Positions 36,895 to 46,812 of a DNA stretch of 64,000 nt are shown here, in pieces. Every line of letters begins with the position of its first letter. Within the stretch, counting starts at the first letter, position 1. The stretch is taken from NCBI GenBank assembly GCA_000996895.1, contig LCBB01000001.1, positions 2,542 to 66,541 of the forward strand, given 5' to 3'. This DNA comes from a candidate division WWE3 bacterium GW2011_GWC2_41_23. Lineage in GTDB: Bacteria; Patescibacteriota; WWE3; UBA101185; UBA10185. A program made the position numbers and the translations under genes. Under the pieces are notes generated by a model that saw only the letters and a list, made by a program, of their open reading frames with translations, was not told the DNA's origin and made no database searches.

Positions 36895-37581
36895 TTAATA
36901 ATCCCTTTTTGCTATCAGTACAACAAATTCGCCTTTAATTTTCTTTTGTAAATAATGGTTGGAAAGTTCCGTCAAACTACCCCTTACGACCTCTTCATAC
37001 ATTTTAGTAATGTCGTTACATACGCACGCCTGCCTATGTCCTAATACTTTTTGGGCAATTTGCATAGACGTCGATAGTCTAAACGGAGACTCGTAAAATA
37101 TCAAGGTGGCATCTATATCCGCATACTTTTCAAAAAACTTTTCTTTTTGAATTTCTGTCTTCGGTAAAAATCCGACAAATAAAAATTTATCGGTGGGAAG
37201 TCCTGAAACCGACAACGCAGCCGTAACTGCAGAAGGCCCCGGGACAGATTCAATTTCGATATTCTCTTCGATTAGATCTCTGACAAGTTTGAATCCGGGA
37301 TCAGAAATTAAAGGTGTTCCGCTATCAGATACCAGTGCTAATGATTTACCGCTCCCAAGCATATTTTTTATCTGCTCGATGACTCTTATGTGATTTTGAT
37401 CCCTATACGAAATCTGAGGTTTCGAAAATCCGTATTTTTTTAAAAGCTTATCGGTTTCCCTCGTGTCTTCGGATAAAATCATATCTACAGCCTTTAGAAC
37501 CTCTATCGCTCTAAAAGTTATATCGGCCATATTTCCAATCGGAGTAGATACAATATATAATTTCGGCTTAGACATAAACAT
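36895..37581 (-). CDS. rsmI: 16S rRNA (cytidine1402-2'-O)-methyltransferase
   Basis: KLYIVSTPIGNMADITFRAIEVLK...ILSEDTR matches the tetrapyrrole-methylase fold of RsmI. Confidence 0.85.
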   Translation of the reverse strand: MFMSKPKLYIVSTPIGNMADITFRAIEVLKAVDMILSEDTRETDKLLKKYGFSKPQISYRDQNHIRVIEQIKNMLGSGKSLALVSDSGTPLISDPGFKLVRDLIEENIEIESVPGPSAVTAALSVSGLPTDKFLFVGFLPKTEIQKEKFFEKYADIDATLIFYESPFRLSTSMQIAQKVLGHRQACVCNDITKMYEEVVRGSLTELSNHYLQKKIKGEFVVLIAKRDY

Positions 37582-37599
37582 TGTTCATTTTAGCACTAT

Positions 37600-38652
37600 A
37601 TGGGTCTAAACACTAAACACGGCACAATTAAATACCCCGCATTCTTCCCCGACGCAACCCACGCGGTTATTAAGGGCATTTCAACACAGGACATTTTAGA
37701 TTCAGGAACTACGGGGCTGGTTGTAAACACATATCACGCCATTGTTGATAAGACGGTTGATATTATTGAAAAGTGCGGAGGTCTTCATGAGTTTATGGGT
37801 TTTAATTTTCCTGTTATCACGGATTCAGGAGGCTTCCAGGCCATGTCTTTGATAAGAAGAAGCCCCGGTAACGGAAAAATAATAAGAGACGGTATTAAAT
37901 TTAAAATAGACGGTTCGAGAAAAAGTATTACTCTCACACCTGAGAACTGCATACAAACGCAGGCTAAGCTTGGAGCTGACATTATGGTGTGTCTTGATGA
38001 TTGTACCGACCCCGGAGAATCTCAAAAAGAACAGGAGCTCTCAGTTGCCCGCACGGTAGCTTGGGCTAAAAGATGCAAAGAAGAATTTCAAAAGATTAAA
38101 AAAGAAAAACCTTTGCTGTTTGCAATAATCCAGGGCGGAAATAGTAAAGAATTACGTAAAAAATGTGCAGAGGAACTAATTAAAATCGGCTTCGACGGTT
38201 ACGCCTACGGGGGTTGGCCGGTTGACGGCGACGGTAAGTTTTTGGATGAAATAGTGGAATACTCCGCATCCTTAATGCCAGACGGAATGCCAAAATATGC
38301 GATGGGCATAGGAAAACCGGAGGATATCAAAAAGTGCGTAAAAATGGGGTATAACATGTTTGACTGTGTTTTGCCGACCCGCGATGCAAGACATAAAAGA
38401 CTCTACGTTCTTAATGGCTCTGCAGAAAAAGGATACGAGTTTGTTTATATGAGAGCCCAAAAACACGAGACCGACTCTAATCCTGTTTCAGATTCCTGCA
38501 ATTGCGAAGCTTGTAAAAATCACAGCCGCGCCTATCTCTACCACCTTTTCAAACAAGGGGACTCAAACGCCGGGCGTCTTGCCACAATACACAACCTGAC
38601 CTTTTATTCAAAGCTGATGGAAGAGTTGCATCCATTGACACTATTGAGATAA
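37600..38652 (+). CDS. tgt: Queuine tRNA-ribosyltransferase (tRNA-guanine transglycosylase)
   Basis: DSGGFQ active-site motif and zinc site CNCEACKNHSRAYLYHL (CxCxxC...H). Confidence 0.8.
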   Translation: MGLNTKHGTIKYPAFFPDATHAVIKGISTQDILDSGTTGLVVNTYHAIVDKTVDIIEKCGGLHEFMGFNFPVITDSGGFQAMSLIRRSPGNGKIIRDGIKFKIDGSRKSITLTPENCIQTQAKLGADIMVCLDDCTDPGESQKEQELSVARTVAWAKRCKEEFQKIKKEKPLLFAIIQGGNSKELRKKCAEELIKIGFDGYAYGGWPVDGDGKFLDEIVEYSASLMPDGMPKYAMGIGKPEDIKKCVKMGYNMFDCVLPTRDARHKRLYVLNGSAEKGYEFVYMRAQKHETDSNPVSDSCNCEACKNHSRAYLYHLFKQGDSNAGRLATIHNLTFYSKLMEELHPLTLLR

Positions 38653-38680
38653 TAAGTGTGGAGAATTTTTCACCTTAAAC

Positions 38681-40087
38681 ATGATAGATAAAGGCGTTGT
38701 CGAAAAAGCAGGGGCTCTTGCTCTCAAAATACACGAAAACTGTACCCGTTTATCCGGAGAGGGTTATTACTGGCACTTACACAGGGTTGCCGGACTATTG
38801 GAAGAAAATAATGTTAACGATCCTGAAATACTGGCGGGTGCTTATCTGCACCATATTCTGGACAGTAAAAAATACTCAAAGGAAGATCTAAAAAGGGACT
38901 TTGGTCCTGAAATTGCTGAAATAGTTGCCGAATATCACCGAATATCGGGCAACGAAATCAGCTCTATAGACCCGAAGAATTACAACGAAAGCATAATCGT
39001 TCAAACTTATCTGAACCTGATAAAAAACCCTAAAACGCTGATTATCCGACTGGCCGATAAGGTCGATAATATAAGATCCGCGTACGTTTTGCCTAAAGAA
39101 AACGCCCGTCGTGTTGCTGAAAAAGCAATGTATTTATATTCCCCGATATGCCAGCTTCTCGGTATTCACAAATTTGTCGTGGAATTGGAAAACGAGGCTT
39201 TTAAGTTATTAAACCCCGGAGAATATTTCTCTATCGAATCCTATTTAAAAAAGAAAATGCCTGAGATGGAAAGTGTTTTAGAGGACACTGCCGAATTTGT
39301 GAAAGACATTCTCGATGAAAAAGGAATCCCCGCCAAAGTCGATTACAGAGTAAAACACACATATAGTATTTATAGAAAAGCTCAAAAATACAGAGAAACT
39401 AAAAACTACAAAGGACTCAGTCAAATTTACGATATTGCGGCAATGAGGGTTCTTGTTGATTCCATAGAACAGTGTTATTTAACAGAAGATATTTTAAAAC
39501 AAGTGTGGACAGCAGTGCCTGGCGAACGTGACGACTACATTATGCATCCAAAACCCAGCGGTTACAGAAGCATACACAATACCTTCGCTGTTAGTCCGAC
39601 CATGTACTTGGAAATACAAATAAAGACCAAGGAGATGCACGAAAATAACGAGTTCGGTATTGCCAGCCATACATTCTACAAAACAGGAGAGCAATTAAAG
39701 AAAAGCTTTCAAACATCGCCCGACTGGCTTACGGACATAAGCTTTATTAAGAATAAGGGTGATCTTCGAATAGACCAGTTTAAAAAGTACGTTTACGTAT
39801 TTACCCCTAAAGGCGATATTAAACAACTGACGCGCGGAGCCACACCCATAGATTTTGCCTACAGTATCCACAAAGACCTGGGTAACGCCTGCGTAGGAGT
39901 TACTATAAACGGGGATTTCCAGAAGCTCAGTTACGAACTAAAAGATGGGGATAGGGTTGAAATAAAGACCTTGAAGCACAAAAAACTACCCAGCCCCGAC
40001 TGGTTGGACTTTGTTAAAACGCGTAAAGGTAAGGATGAGATCAGAAAAGCCTTAAGAAAGGGTTCTGAGAGGAAAGAGCTTAGTTAA
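38681..40087 (+). CDS. RelA/SpoT-family (p)ppGpp synthetase/hydrolase
   Basis: N-terminal HD-like region (YWHLHRV...AYLHHIL), synthetase motifs RVKHTYSIYRK and GYRSIHNT, and a C-terminal TGS domain. 468 aa. Confidence 0.8.
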   Translation: MIDKGVVEKAGALALKIHENCTRLSGEGYYWHLHRVAGLLEENNVNDPEILAGAYLHHILDSKKYSKEDLKRDFGPEIAEIVAEYHRISGNEISSIDPKNYNESIIVQTYLNLIKNPKTLIIRLADKVDNIRSAYVLPKENARRVAEKAMYLYSPICQLLGIHKFVVELENEAFKLLNPGEYFSIESYLKKKMPEMESVLEDTAEFVKDILDEKGIPAKVDYRVKHTYSIYRKAQKYRETKNYKGLSQIYDIAAMRVLVDSIEQCYLTEDILKQVWTAVPGERDDYIMHPKPSGYRSIHNTFAVSPTMYLEIQIKTKEMHENNEFGIASHTFYKTGEQLKKSFQTSPDWLTDISFIKNKGDLRIDQFKKYVYVFTPKGDIKQLTRGATPIDFAYSIHKDLGNACVGVTINGDFQKLSYELKDGDRVEIKTLKHKKLPSPDWLDFVKTRKGKDEIRKALRKGSERKELS

Positions 40088-40102
40088 AAACGACCGGAAG
40101 GG

Positions 40103-40279
40103 TTATTTAAGCCTCTGTACTTCTTTGTGAAGAGTGTGCTTTCTCAGTTTGGGATTATATTTCATCAACTCGACCTTATCCGTTGTATTGATACGGTTTT
40201 TCTGAGTTACGTAAGATCTCATACCCGTTTCGGTACACTCAAGACCTACTATTAACCTGTTACCTTTTTTCTTTGCCAT
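40103..40279 (-). CDS. rpmG: 50S ribosomal protein L33
   Basis: Translation [58 protein letters not shown] matches the L33 pattern (GNR..V.LEC...G...Y.T.KN.......LEL.KY.P..RKHTLH.E.K). It is absent from the ORF track because it is shorter than 60 aa. Confidence 0.8.
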   Translation of the reverse strand: MAKKKGNRLIVGLECTETGMRSYVTQKNRINTTDKVELMKYNPKLRKHTLHKEVQRLK

Positions 40280-40335
40280 AGGGTGAAATATATTATAAAA
40301 TCAACTAAATTACAACCTTTTTTTAGCGGAAATAT

Positions 40336-42795
40336 ATGGAAATAAAGTACGACCACAAAAAAATAGAAAACAAATGGAAAGAACACTGGTACCGTGACAA
40401 TATCTACGAGGCTGTAGATTTTTCAGAAAAACCGAAGAAATATATTCTCGCCGAACTTCCCTACCCGTCCGGACCTTATTTACACGCCGGGCATATGATG
40501 AGATACACCGTGCCCGACGTTTACTCCCGTTACTTAAGAATGAACGGCTACAACGTCATGTATCCTATGGGCTGGGACGCATTCGGGCTTCCGACCGAGG
40601 GATATTCCTTAAAGATGGGAAAAACACCACAGGAGGTAACTGAGGAGCTTGCCAAGGGGTATAAACAGTCTGCACAGGATTTTGGCTACGGAATAGACTG
40701 GAACCGCGAAATCACGACGTCCGACCCCAAATACTATAAATGGACGCAGTGGCTCTTCCTGAAATTTTTTGAAAACGGGCTGGCTGTCCGGGAGGAAATG
40801 CCGGTTTGGTGGTGCAAAGAGCTGGGCGTCCTTGCCGAAGAAGAAGTTTTGACGGGAAAAGGCGGTGAAAAAATTAGCGAACGAGGCGGCCACGCTGTTG
40901 AAAGAAAGATGTTCAGACAGTGGGTTTTGAAAATTCCTGAATACGCCGAAAAATTAATTGACGGGCTCAAAGAAACAGATTTCCCTGACTATATAAAAAC
41001 CGCCCAGATTAACTGGATTGGTAAGTCGGTAGGAGCGGAGGTTGAGTTTGAGTCCGAGGGTAACTCGATAACTGTTTTTACAACAAGAATTGACACTATA
41101 TACGGCGCTTCCGCTGTTATTATTTCTCCCGAATATCCGGATTTGTACAATTTTGTATCCGCAGAACAACGTGGCGAAGTTGAAAAGTACGTTAAGGCCG
41201 CAAAACAAAAAAGCGAGATGGAAAGAACTGCCATCCAGAAAGATAAATCAGGAGTATTTACGGGCTCGTACGTTTTGAACCCTTTTAGCGGAGAAAAATG
41301 CCCGGTTTGGGTAGCGGATTTTGTTTTGACAACTTACGGAACGGGAGCAATTATGTGTGTTCCCGGTCACGATGATAGAGACCACGAGTTTTCGGTTAAA
41401 TACGGACTGGAGATTAGACAAGTAGTAAAACCCTCTAATGATGCGGTCGTCGATGTCCAAAAAGAACCTTTTACCGGATACGGAATTTCTTTAAATTCCG
41501 GCGAGTACTCAGGTAAAACATCGGAACAGGCAATAATGGAAATGACGCAAAAGGCCGAAAAAGAAGGGTTTGGTAAGTTTAAAATAAACTACAAACTTAG
41601 AGACTGGGTATTTTCCAGGCAAAGATATTGGGGAGAACCCATTCCGGTTGTTTATAAACAAGACGGAACCTTAGAGGCTGTTGTCGATACAAAAAACATG
41701 GAAGAAGTTTACAAGAAACTTCCCGTAGAGCTTCCTTATACAAAAGACTACGAACCTGCCGAAAACGGGGGAGCTCCTCTGGCAAGATTAACCGACTGGG
41801 TTGAAACTACAGACAAAGACGGTAACCCTGCAAAAAGAGAAACCGAAACAATGCCTACATGGGCAGGCTCGAGCTGGTATTACATAAGATATTGTGACCC
41901 CAAAAATGAAAGTGCTTTTGCCGACCCCGAAATACTAAAATATTGGCTACCCGTCGATAAATATTTCGGAGACGGCGGTCACACAACCGCGCATCTTTTG
42001 TATTCCAGATTTTGGCATAAGTTTTTCTACGACCTTGGCTTGGTTCCCACTCCAGAACCTTATAAATGGAGGATGACGGGCGGACTACTACTCGGCGCCG
42101 ACGGGCAGAAGATGTCTAAATCAAGAGGTAACGTAATAAATCCAAAAGAATTGGTGGATTATTTCGGCGCCGACGCATGCAGGCTGTACCTGTGCTTTAT
42201 CGGACCTTACGATGAAACTTACCCATGGGACAATCACGGAGTAAAAGCCACAAAAAAGTTTATCGACAACCTGTTTTTACTAAAAGAAAAAGTTAAAAGT
42301 GAAGAAAACGCCGGTCTTGAGCTAGAAAAAGATTACAACTTGATGGTAAAGAAAGTTACGGAAATGTGCGAGGCTCTTAAAATGAATACTTGTGCCAGCG
42401 AATTTATGATATTTGCGAATGCCGCTAAAAAAGCGTCTTCACTTAGTGTAGAACAGTGGAAAGGATATATAAAACTATTGGCACCCTTTATTCCTTTTGT
42501 TGCCGAAGAACTTTGGCACGAAATAAATAACTTCTCCGGCTGGGACAAAAAGAATAGCGTGCATTTGCAGGAATGGCCAAAGTTCGACGCGTCAAAACTT
42601 GCGGAAAACACTCTTACTATACCTATCCAAATAAACGGAAAGGTTCGCACTGAGATTCAAATCGACACAGAAGCAAGCGAACAAGATGTTGAAGAACTGG
42701 TTAAAAATAATGTTGACGTTATTAAATCGTTAGACGGTAGAGAAATAATGAAAATAATCTACATAAAGGGAAAAATCGTCAGTTTAGTCGTTTAA
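40336..42795 (+). CDS. leuS: Leucyl-tRNA synthetase
   Basis: HMGH variant PYLHAGHMMRY, KMSKS (QKMSKSRGN), the CP1 editing-domain region, 819 aa. Confidence 0.95.
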   Translation: MEIKYDHKKIENKWKEHWYRDNIYEAVDFSEKPKKYILAELPYPSGPYLHAGHMMRYTVPDVYSRYLRMNGYNVMYPMGWDAFGLPTEGYSLKMGKTPQEVTEELAKGYKQSAQDFGYGIDWNREITTSDPKYYKWTQWLFLKFFENGLAVREEMPVWWCKELGVLAEEEVLTGKGGEKISERGGHAVERKMFRQWVLKIPEYAEKLIDGLKETDFPDYIKTAQINWIGKSVGAEVEFESEGNSITVFTTRIDTIYGASAVIISPEYPDLYNFVSAEQRGEVEKYVKAAKQKSEMERTAIQKDKSGVFTGSYVLNPFSGEKCPVWVADFVLTTYGTGAIMCVPGHDDRDHEFSVKYGLEIRQVVKPSNDAVVDVQKEPFTGYGISLNSGEYSGKTSEQAIMEMTQKAEKEGFGKFKINYKLRDWVFSRQRYWGEPIPVVYKQDGTLEAVVDTKNMEEVYKKLPVELPYTKDYEPAENGGAPLARLTDWVETTDKDGNPAKRETETMPTWAGSSWYYIRYCDPKNESAFADPEILKYWLPVDKYFGDGGHTTAHLLYSRFWHKFFYDLGLVPTPEPYKWRMTGGLLLGADGQKMSKSRGNVINPKELVDYFGADACRLYLCFIGPYDETYPWDNHGVKATKKFIDNLFLLKEKVKSEENAGLELEKDYNLMVKKVTEMCEALKMNTCASEFMIFANAAKKASSLSVEQWKGYIKLLAPFIPFVAEELWHEINNFSGWDKKNSVHLQEWPKFDASKLAENTLTIPIQINGKVRTEIQIDTEASEQDVEELVKNNVDVIKSLDGREIMKIIYIKGKIVSLVV

Positions 42796-42833
42796 AAAAA
42801 CGCCCCTTTTTCAAGGAGCGTTCCGTCCGTTTT
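42796..42833. terminator. Bidirectional intrinsic terminator between convergent leuS and the downstream minus-strand gene
   Basis: aacgccccTTTTTCAAggagcgtt hairpin. On the minus strand it is followed by TTTTTTTA, and on the plus strand by ccgtccgttttc. Confidence 0.5.
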
Positions 42834-42843
42834 CAGTTAGCAG

Positions 42844-43590
42844 TTATCTCAGTTCGAACATCACTGTTACGTTTTTGTATGCTGATGTAGACCCCGGTTC
42901 AACCGGAATTCCACCTCCGCCCCCCGCTCCCATACCCATATCATATTTAACCCCGCCATACATGTACTGAGCAGAACCCTCGTTAATCATAACGACTCTA
43001 CCGAGCTTTTTTCCCACTCCCGTGGCTATAGCTGTTGCTTTGCTTCTGGCATCCTCTATTGCAGCGTTAAGTAAAGCCTCTTCATCTATCGTTTGGTCAT
43101 CGATAGTTAAATTAGGGCCCCACATAGAAGCTTTTTCGACGGTTGCAAGTAATGCGGTTAAATCGTCGGATTTTGAGAGGTCACGTAACTTTGTGTTAAT
43201 TGTGTAAGATGCGTACCAATCACCAAGCTCATAAGTTGTAACACCGCTGCGGTATACGGAATCCTGGCGCTGATAAACATTCAAGCTTGTCGTCTCAACG
43301 TCGGCTTCGGGAATTCCGAAATCCTTTATCATTTGAATAACGCTTTTAGCTCTGTCGGTAAGAGCTTGAACGGCTTTGGCTTTGTCCGCGTCCGAAACTT
43401 CTATCGTCAGTGAGTACGAAGCGATTTGGTTTTTTACCAAAGAAGTAGATGAGCCGGAGACCGAAATGGTCTGAGGTGTCAAAACTTTAAACAAATACCA
43501 AACACCCGTACCGACTAAGGCCGCAAATACAATCGAAACGAAAATATTTACTAAAAGGGAAACATTTATAAGTTTATTATCATTGGGCAT
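42844..43590 (-). CDS. N-terminally anchored periplasmic-type protein (possibly SIMPL/DUF541-like), Gly-rich C-terminus
   Basis: TM anchor LLVNIFVSIVFAALVGTGV, then a mixed alpha/beta-looking domain ending in GMGAGGGGG. The family assignment is tentative. Confidence 0.4.
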   Translation of the reverse strand: MPNDNKLINVSLLVNIFVSIVFAALVGTGVWYLFKVLTPQTISVSGSSTSLVKNQIASYSLTIEVSDADKAKAVQALTDRAKSVIQMIKDFGIPEADVETTSLNVYQRQDSVYRSGVTTYELGDWYASYTINTKLRDLSKSDDLTALLATVEKASMWGPNLTIDDQTIDEEALLNAAIEDARSKATAIATGVGKKLGRVVMINEGSAQYMYGGVKYDMGMGAGGGGGIPVEPGSTSAYKNVTVMFELR

Positions 43591-43645
43591 AACGGAATAT
43601 TATCATTTTTCTTATATTAAGAAAACCCGATAAGTCTGGGGTATA

Positions 43646-44425
43646 ATGGACTATATGGGCTTTGTTAAAAACACCGAAGATATAAATAAAATGAGAAAAG
43701 GCGGAAAAATTCTTGCCGAAATACTGTCGGACCTTAAAAAAATGCTCGTTCCGGGCAAAAATTGTTTAGATCTTGAAAAAGAGTTTGTAAAAATGTGCCG
43801 GAAAAATGACGTGTCCCCTACCTGCAAAGGTTACGCTCCATATGGTATGCCCCCGTTTCCGACGGGACTTTGTTTGAGTATAAATAATCAATCCGTACAC
43901 TGTTTTCCAAGAAAAGGAGTTGTTTTGGAGGACGGGGATGTTGTGACTGTAGACACGGTGATAAATTATAAAGGGTTGAACGTCGACGCTGCATTCTCAA
44001 CCATTGTCGGGAAAGAAGACAGCAAACTAAAAAAGAAGCTGGTAGACACCGCAGAGAAAGTACTTTACGAAACTATTTCGGAAGTCGGCCCCGGGGTGCG
44101 GATTGGCCGGATTAGCAACAAAATGCAAAAAATAGTAGAATCACAAGGTTTAAACGTACTTAAAGACTACGCGGGACACGGAATAGGCCGCGAAATGCAC
44201 GAATACCCCGAAGTACCTTGCTACGGCGATATAAACGACGGTGCGAAGCTTCTGGAGGGCATGACCATATGTATAGAAGCCTTGATTTGTACAGGCAGCG
44301 ACAGTGTAGTCAACGTCAGTGAGTGGGAAACGTGTATGGAAGACGGCGGGTACTTTGCCCAGGCCGAACATACAATTTTAGTAACAAAAGACGGTTACGA
44401 GATATTAACTTTAAAAGATAAATGA
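43646..44425 (+). CDS. map: Methionine aminopeptidase type I
   Basis: YAGHGIGREMHE, VHCFP and TVDT metal-ligand regions. The start may be the downstream Met (MRKGGKIL). Confidence 0.9.
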   Translation: MDYMGFVKNTEDINKMRKGGKILAEILSDLKKMLVPGKNCLDLEKEFVKMCRKNDVSPTCKGYAPYGMPPFPTGLCLSINNQSVHCFPRKGVVLEDGDVVTVDTVINYKGLNVDAAFSTIVGKEDSKLKKKLVDTAEKVLYETISEVGPGVRIGRISNKMQKIVESQGLNVLKDYAGHGIGREMHEYPEVPCYGDINDGAKLLEGMTICIEALICTGSDSVVNVSEWETCMEDGGYFAQAEHTILVTKDGYEILTLKDK

Positions 44426-45528
44426 CATTAAAAGATATATTTACAGGCCAAGTCGGTAAAAACAATATGGATCGAAAAGTATTTCAACTACTTACTACAT
44501 TGATAGTAATATTGGCGCTGTTCCTTGCCGCAGGTTTTCTTTTTCCGGAGACTGTTTCAGTAATACTGAATGTTGTCTGGATTATTCTTATGGCATCGGC
44601 AGCAATTTTTTTCACACTAGGTATTCTGGTAATTATTGGTATGAAAAAAGAAGCGGGTAGAGTCCTGGATCTTTTACTCGAGGGAGCTCTCACATTTATT
44701 GATTTTTTGGAATTCTTAAAAAACCTTTGGAAAAGATTTGTTGACCTTCTAAAAGAATTTTTATTATTCGCATCCCCTATCTTCGCTTACATAGCGGCAT
44801 TTTTAGTTTACATTTTCCTTTTATACATTTATAAAACAGTAGGTAAAAGCTACGACGTCACAATAATGACCGTGATTATAACGGCTGCGGCCATCCTGGG
44901 CTTTGGCTTACTAAGCAAACCACAACCCGACACAATAATAGAGCTTACCTGGAAAGGACAATTTCAGAAAAGGTTTAAGGCTGGTTTTGTGGACGGCGTC
45001 GAGGTTGTTTTATTTGTTTTCTTCTTAACAATGGATAGCGTTAACCTTTTTTTCTTACCCGCCGACCTTAATATTCCATTGAAAGCTGAGTATAAAGACT
45101 ACGACCTTATGATTAGAAGTTTTGTTTACGACCAACACGTTATTACCACCATCGCACTTATAGTTACAACCGTATCACTTGAAGTACTGAGAAACATGAT
45201 AAAAATATTTGCCAATGCCAGAAAATATTACTTAAACTTTTCTCACGAATTAGAAAACTTCGGGGGCACCAAGAGAAATACAATGGACATGCTTAAAGAG
45301 GCGATTAGAAAAAGTTTTAACGACGCAAAAAGAGATTTAATTAAATTCGTAACATTCAACACAGTGTTATTCGGAGTTTTTCTGGTATTTCCAAGACTAA
45401 AACTACTAACTTTGGCCGTGGCAAGTGTTACCAATCTGGCACTGGACCTTACAATCCGTTCAAGGCTAACGGCCAAAAAAGGAAGCGATCTTATTGCCAG
45501 AATACTGCAAAAAGCATTTAGACTTTGA
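44422..45528 (+). CDS. Polytopic membrane protein, unknown function
   Basis: 368 aa with 8 or more hydrophobic helices. Overlaps the map stop by 4 nt. Confidence 0.5.
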   Translation: MTLKDIFTGQVGKNNMDRKVFQLLTTLIVILALFLAAGFLFPETVSVILNVVWIILMASAAIFFTLGILVIIGMKKEAGRVLDLLLEGALTFIDFLEFLKNLWKRFVDLLKEFLLFASPIFAYIAAFLVYIFLLYIYKTVGKSYDVTIMTVIITAAAILGFGLLSKPQPDTIIELTWKGQFQKRFKAGFVDGVEVVLFVFFLTMDSVNLFFLPADLNIPLKAEYKDYDLMIRSFVYDQHVITTIALIVTTVSLEVLRNMIKIFANARKYYLNFSHELENFGGTKRNTMDMLKEAIRKSFNDAKRDLIKFVTFNTVLFGVFLVFPRLKLLTLAVASVTNLALDLTIRSRLTAKKGSDLIARILQKAFRL

Positions 45529-45570
45529 CGGGTGTCTTTTCGAATTGTATTATTTCTTTACGGGTAATAT

Positions 45571-46812
45571 TTGGGTATTCAAATGCAACCTTTAGCAGAT
45601 AAAATCAGACCTAAAAATATAAGTGAAATGTCAGGCCACGAAAAGCTTTTGGGCGGTGGCGGTATTATTTCCGAACTGCTCAAAAGTACGGTACAGACAG
45701 GATTTTTCCCTTCTTTAATACTCTGGGGACCTCCCGGTGTCGGAAAAACCACGCTGGCAAGAATAATCGCTACCGAAACAAACCGTAAGTTCTACGAGTT
45801 CAGTGCGGTAAACACTTCAGTTAAAACAATAGAAAAAGAATTGGAAGATAACGGTAAAACGACTTCTCCTAATCTGTGGTCTCAGGATTCTTCTTTAAAG
45901 AAAAAATCCGGAGCACCTGTCGTTTTCATAGATGAAATTCATAGATTTAATAAAGCTCAGCAGGACGCCTTACTTCCTATGGTCGAACAGGGAAAAATAA
46001 TATTTATGGGGGCGACAACCGAAAATCCTTCATTCGAAGTTATTGCTCCTCTACTGTCAAGGTGTCGGGTAGTGATAATGGATCAATTGTCCGAAGAAGA
46101 CCTTGAAAAAATTGTGGAAAGAGCTTTGGAAGATATTGGCAAAAAACTGGAAAAAGACGCGCGTAAATTTTTAATACAAAGTAGTAACGGAGATGCCCGT
46201 ACCTGCATAAATGTTTTAGAAATTGCTTTTCACTTACAACCCGGAAATGAAATTACCTTTGACGATATTAAAAAAGCTTTGCAAAAAAGTCAGCTAACGT
46301 TTGATTTACAGGGCGAAGAATTTTATAACACAATCTCCGCACTACATAAATCCATCCGCGGCTCAGACCCGGATGCAGCACTTTACTGGCTGGCGAGAAT
46401 GTTAGAGGCAGGACAGGATCCGACTTATATTGCCCGGCGTTTAATAAGACTTGCTTCCGAAGACATCGGGCTTAAAGACCCGCAAGCACTTGTGATTGCA
46501 GTGGCGGCTTTTCAAGCTTGTGAAAGAATCGGCATGCCGGAGTGTAATCTGGCTCTCGCCGAAGCCGTCGTTTATTTTGCAAAATCTCCCAAATCCAACG
46601 AACTTTATATTGCTTACGGCAAGGCAGCAGATGACGCCGTAAAATACGGAAATCTTCCGGTGCCCTTACACATTAGAAACGCTCCCACAAAATTAATGAA
46701 AGATGTCGGGTACGGAAAAAATTACAATTATTATCACAGCCCCGAAGGTAAAAAACTTCCCGATATAGAATATTTCCCCGACAAACTTAGGGGAACAAAA
46801 TATTTACGTTAA
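45571..46812 (+). CDS. rarA: Replication-associated recombination protein A (AAA+ ATPase, MgsA/RarA)
   Basis: LWGPPGVGKTT, FIDEIHRFNK, and the C-terminal MgsA helical domain (ARRLIRLASEDIGLKDP). Confidence 0.85.
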   Translation: MGIQMQPLADKIRPKNISEMSGHEKLLGGGGIISELLKSTVQTGFFPSLILWGPPGVGKTTLARIIATETNRKFYEFSAVNTSVKTIEKELEDNGKTTSPNLWSQDSSLKKKSGAPVVFIDEIHRFNKAQQDALLPMVEQGKIIFMGATTENPSFEVIAPLLSRCRVVIMDQLSEEDLEKIVERALEDIGKKLEKDARKFLIQSSNGDARTCINVLEIAFHLQPGNEITFDDIKKALQKSQLTFDLQGEEFYNTISALHKSIRGSDPDAALYWLARMLEAGQDPTYIARRLIRLASEDIGLKDPQALVIAVAAFQACERIGMPECNLALAEAVVYFAKSPKSNELYIAYGKAADDAVKYGNLPVPLHIRNAPTKLMKDVGYGKNYNYYHSPEGKKLPDIEYFPDKLRGTKYLR

